Below are positions 37,444 through 38,466 of a DNA stretch of 38,466 nucleotides, piece by piece; the stretch's first letter is position 1, and each line of letters opens with the position of its first letter. The stretch lies in assembly GCA_964372275.1 (NCBI GenBank), contig CAYJRR010000032.1:1-38466 (forward strand), read 5' to 3'. The DNA is from an uncultured bacterium (GTDB lineage Bacteria; CAYJRR01). The notes beneath the pieces were generated by a model that made no database searches, had not been told where the DNA came from, and worked only from the letters and a program-made list of their open reading frames with translations. The position numbers and the translations under genes were made by a program.

Positions 37444-37476
37444 CTACCCACAGAGTTATCCACAGCCTGTGTGTAG
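37444..37476. promoter_or_regulatory. cluster of DnaA boxes
   Basis: Perfect TTATCCACA at 37456-37464, tandem CTACCCACA at 37444-37452 and inverted TGTGTGTAG (rc CTACACACA) at 37468-37476; 12-bp periodicity. Confidence 0.6.
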
Positions 37477-37509
37477 AGTTTTTTTACGGCCCGGGCCGGG
37501 ACCGTACAG

Positions 37510-38466
37510 TCACGCGGCGTTCGTCGGGGCGCAATCGCTCGGCGGCACGCCCGAGGGCTTGCGACGGGCTCGGGAAACGGTCCGGAGGAGCACCAGGGCC
37601 GCTCCGAGGACCCAGCCCGGCCAGCCGGCCGAACCGGCCCCCCCGGTGGCCGCCGCGCCGACCCGACAGCCGGCACCACCGTCGGAGGTGTCGACCCGGA
37701 AGGTCGCCGGCTCCGACCACGGTCCCGGCTCCCCGCTCGCTCGATCCTCGGCGGCGGGGTGCTCCCGAACCGACCAGGCGTAGACGCCGTCCGGAAGGAG
37801 GAGGCCGTCGAGCGAGAAGGGGATTCGCGGCGATCCCGTCCCGTCGACGAATCCGGACGCGACCTCCTCTTCAAGGGCGTTCACCACCAGGAATTCGAAC
37901 CGGCGCCACGTCCCGGCCGGACCGATGATCGCGAAGGCCGGTCCCGGGGTCCGGACCACCGCGCCGTCCACCGGCTCCGCCGGCACCGGGCCTTCCGCCG
38001 GCGCCGGGCCTGTCGCCGACAACACCCCGGTCGCTTGCTCCACGCCGGCCGCCGGCCCGGAGGCCTGCCGCTCGCCACGGCCGATCCAGAGCGAATGCCA
38101 GCCGTAGGAGCCGCCGGCGATATCGATCGTTCGCTCCGCATCCGCTTCGGCGATCGCCGGCGCCGTGACGGAGATGGTGAAAGTCTGGGTCGCGCTCGTG
38201 TTCTGCCCGCCGTTGGCCGTTCCGCCGTCGTCCTGGGCGCGCACCGTGACGACCGCCATCCCGGTCGACGCCGACGGGGTGAAGGTGAGCGTTCCGCTGG
38301 CGTCGATCGCGGGCGCGACGTCGAACAGACCGGCGTTGCTCGGCGTGACGACGAACGAGATCGTCTGTCCCGCCTCGTCCGGCGGGCCCTTCGAGAGGTT
38401 GGTCGCCCACGCGGGAACGCTGACCGCGCCGCCCCCGGCGGTCGCGGTGCGGTTGCCGCCCTTGGT
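37510..38466 (-). CDS. C-terminal part of a large surface protein (cadherin/Ig-like repeat) with MYXO-CTERM-like sorting signal; truncated by the window edge
   Basis: Frame open to the edge: WATNLSKGPPDEAGQTISFVV...PAIDASGTLTFTP...VRAQDDGGTANGG...TFTISV; ends GGAGCRVG-linker-WVLGAALVLL-RARRK. Confidence 0.8.
   Translation of the reverse strand, partial: TKGGNRTATAGGGAVSVPAWATNLSKGPPDEAGQTISFVVTPSNAGLFDVAPAIDASGTLTFTPSASTGMAVVTVRAQDDGGTANGGQNTSATQTFTISVTAPAIAEADAERTIDIAGGSYGWHSLWIGRGERQASGPAAGVEQATGVLSATGPAPAEGPVPAEPVDGAVVRTPGPAFAIIGPAGTWRRFEFLVVNALEEEVASGFVDGTGSPRIPFSLDGLLLPDGVYAWSVREHPAAEDRASGEPGPWSEPATFRVDTSDGGAGCRVGAAATGGAGSAGWPGWVLGAALVLLRTVSRARRKPSGVPPSDCAPTNAA

Noticed and set aside
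37437..37490. oriC
   Set aside because: Only one perfect DnaA box, no extended AT-rich unwinding element seen, and no dnaA/dnaN/gidA nearby.
34359..37928. 1189-aa plus-strand ORF and other long Arg/Pro-rich ORFs (e.g. 26375-29401, 31315-34383, 17039-19462 N-terminal part)
   Set aside because: Off-frame or antisense shadows of well-supported genes in high-GC DNA.

Overview
Very GC-rich bacterial chromosomal segment, most consistent with Myxococcota/Deltaproteobacteria (FHA-sigma54 activator, DUF4388 and zinc-ribbon/receiver proteins, MYXO-CTERM-like sorting signal). It is mostly housekeeping: engB, rimI, pyrK-pyrD, rimP-nusA-infB, DUF503, argS-SPOR, ffh-rpsP-rimM-trmD-rplS, a GH57 glucanotransferase and an RluA-family synthase, many joined by ATGA/GTGA overlaps. 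I saw no tRNA, rRNA, CRISPR, transposase, integrase or reverse transcriptase. Most notable: (1) a minus-strand unit at the right end: DnaA-box cluster, sigma54 -24/-12 element, 108-aa orphan, B12-dependent radical SAM-TPR, RluA synthase, ending at a ~136-nt imperfect hairpin that fills the convergent intergenic gap; (2) a 14-bladed double beta-propeller lipoprotein between infB and DUF503; (3) a sigma54 promoter with an inverted pair of IHF-like sites in front of a nearly leaderless FHA-bEBP; (4) a membrane-anchored YhaN/SMC-like protein with degenerate ABC motifs and no adjacent nuclease; (5) a cyclase-lipoprotein pair divergent from a DUF4388/pseudo-receiver pair. All family calls are from motif recognition by eye; no searches were run.
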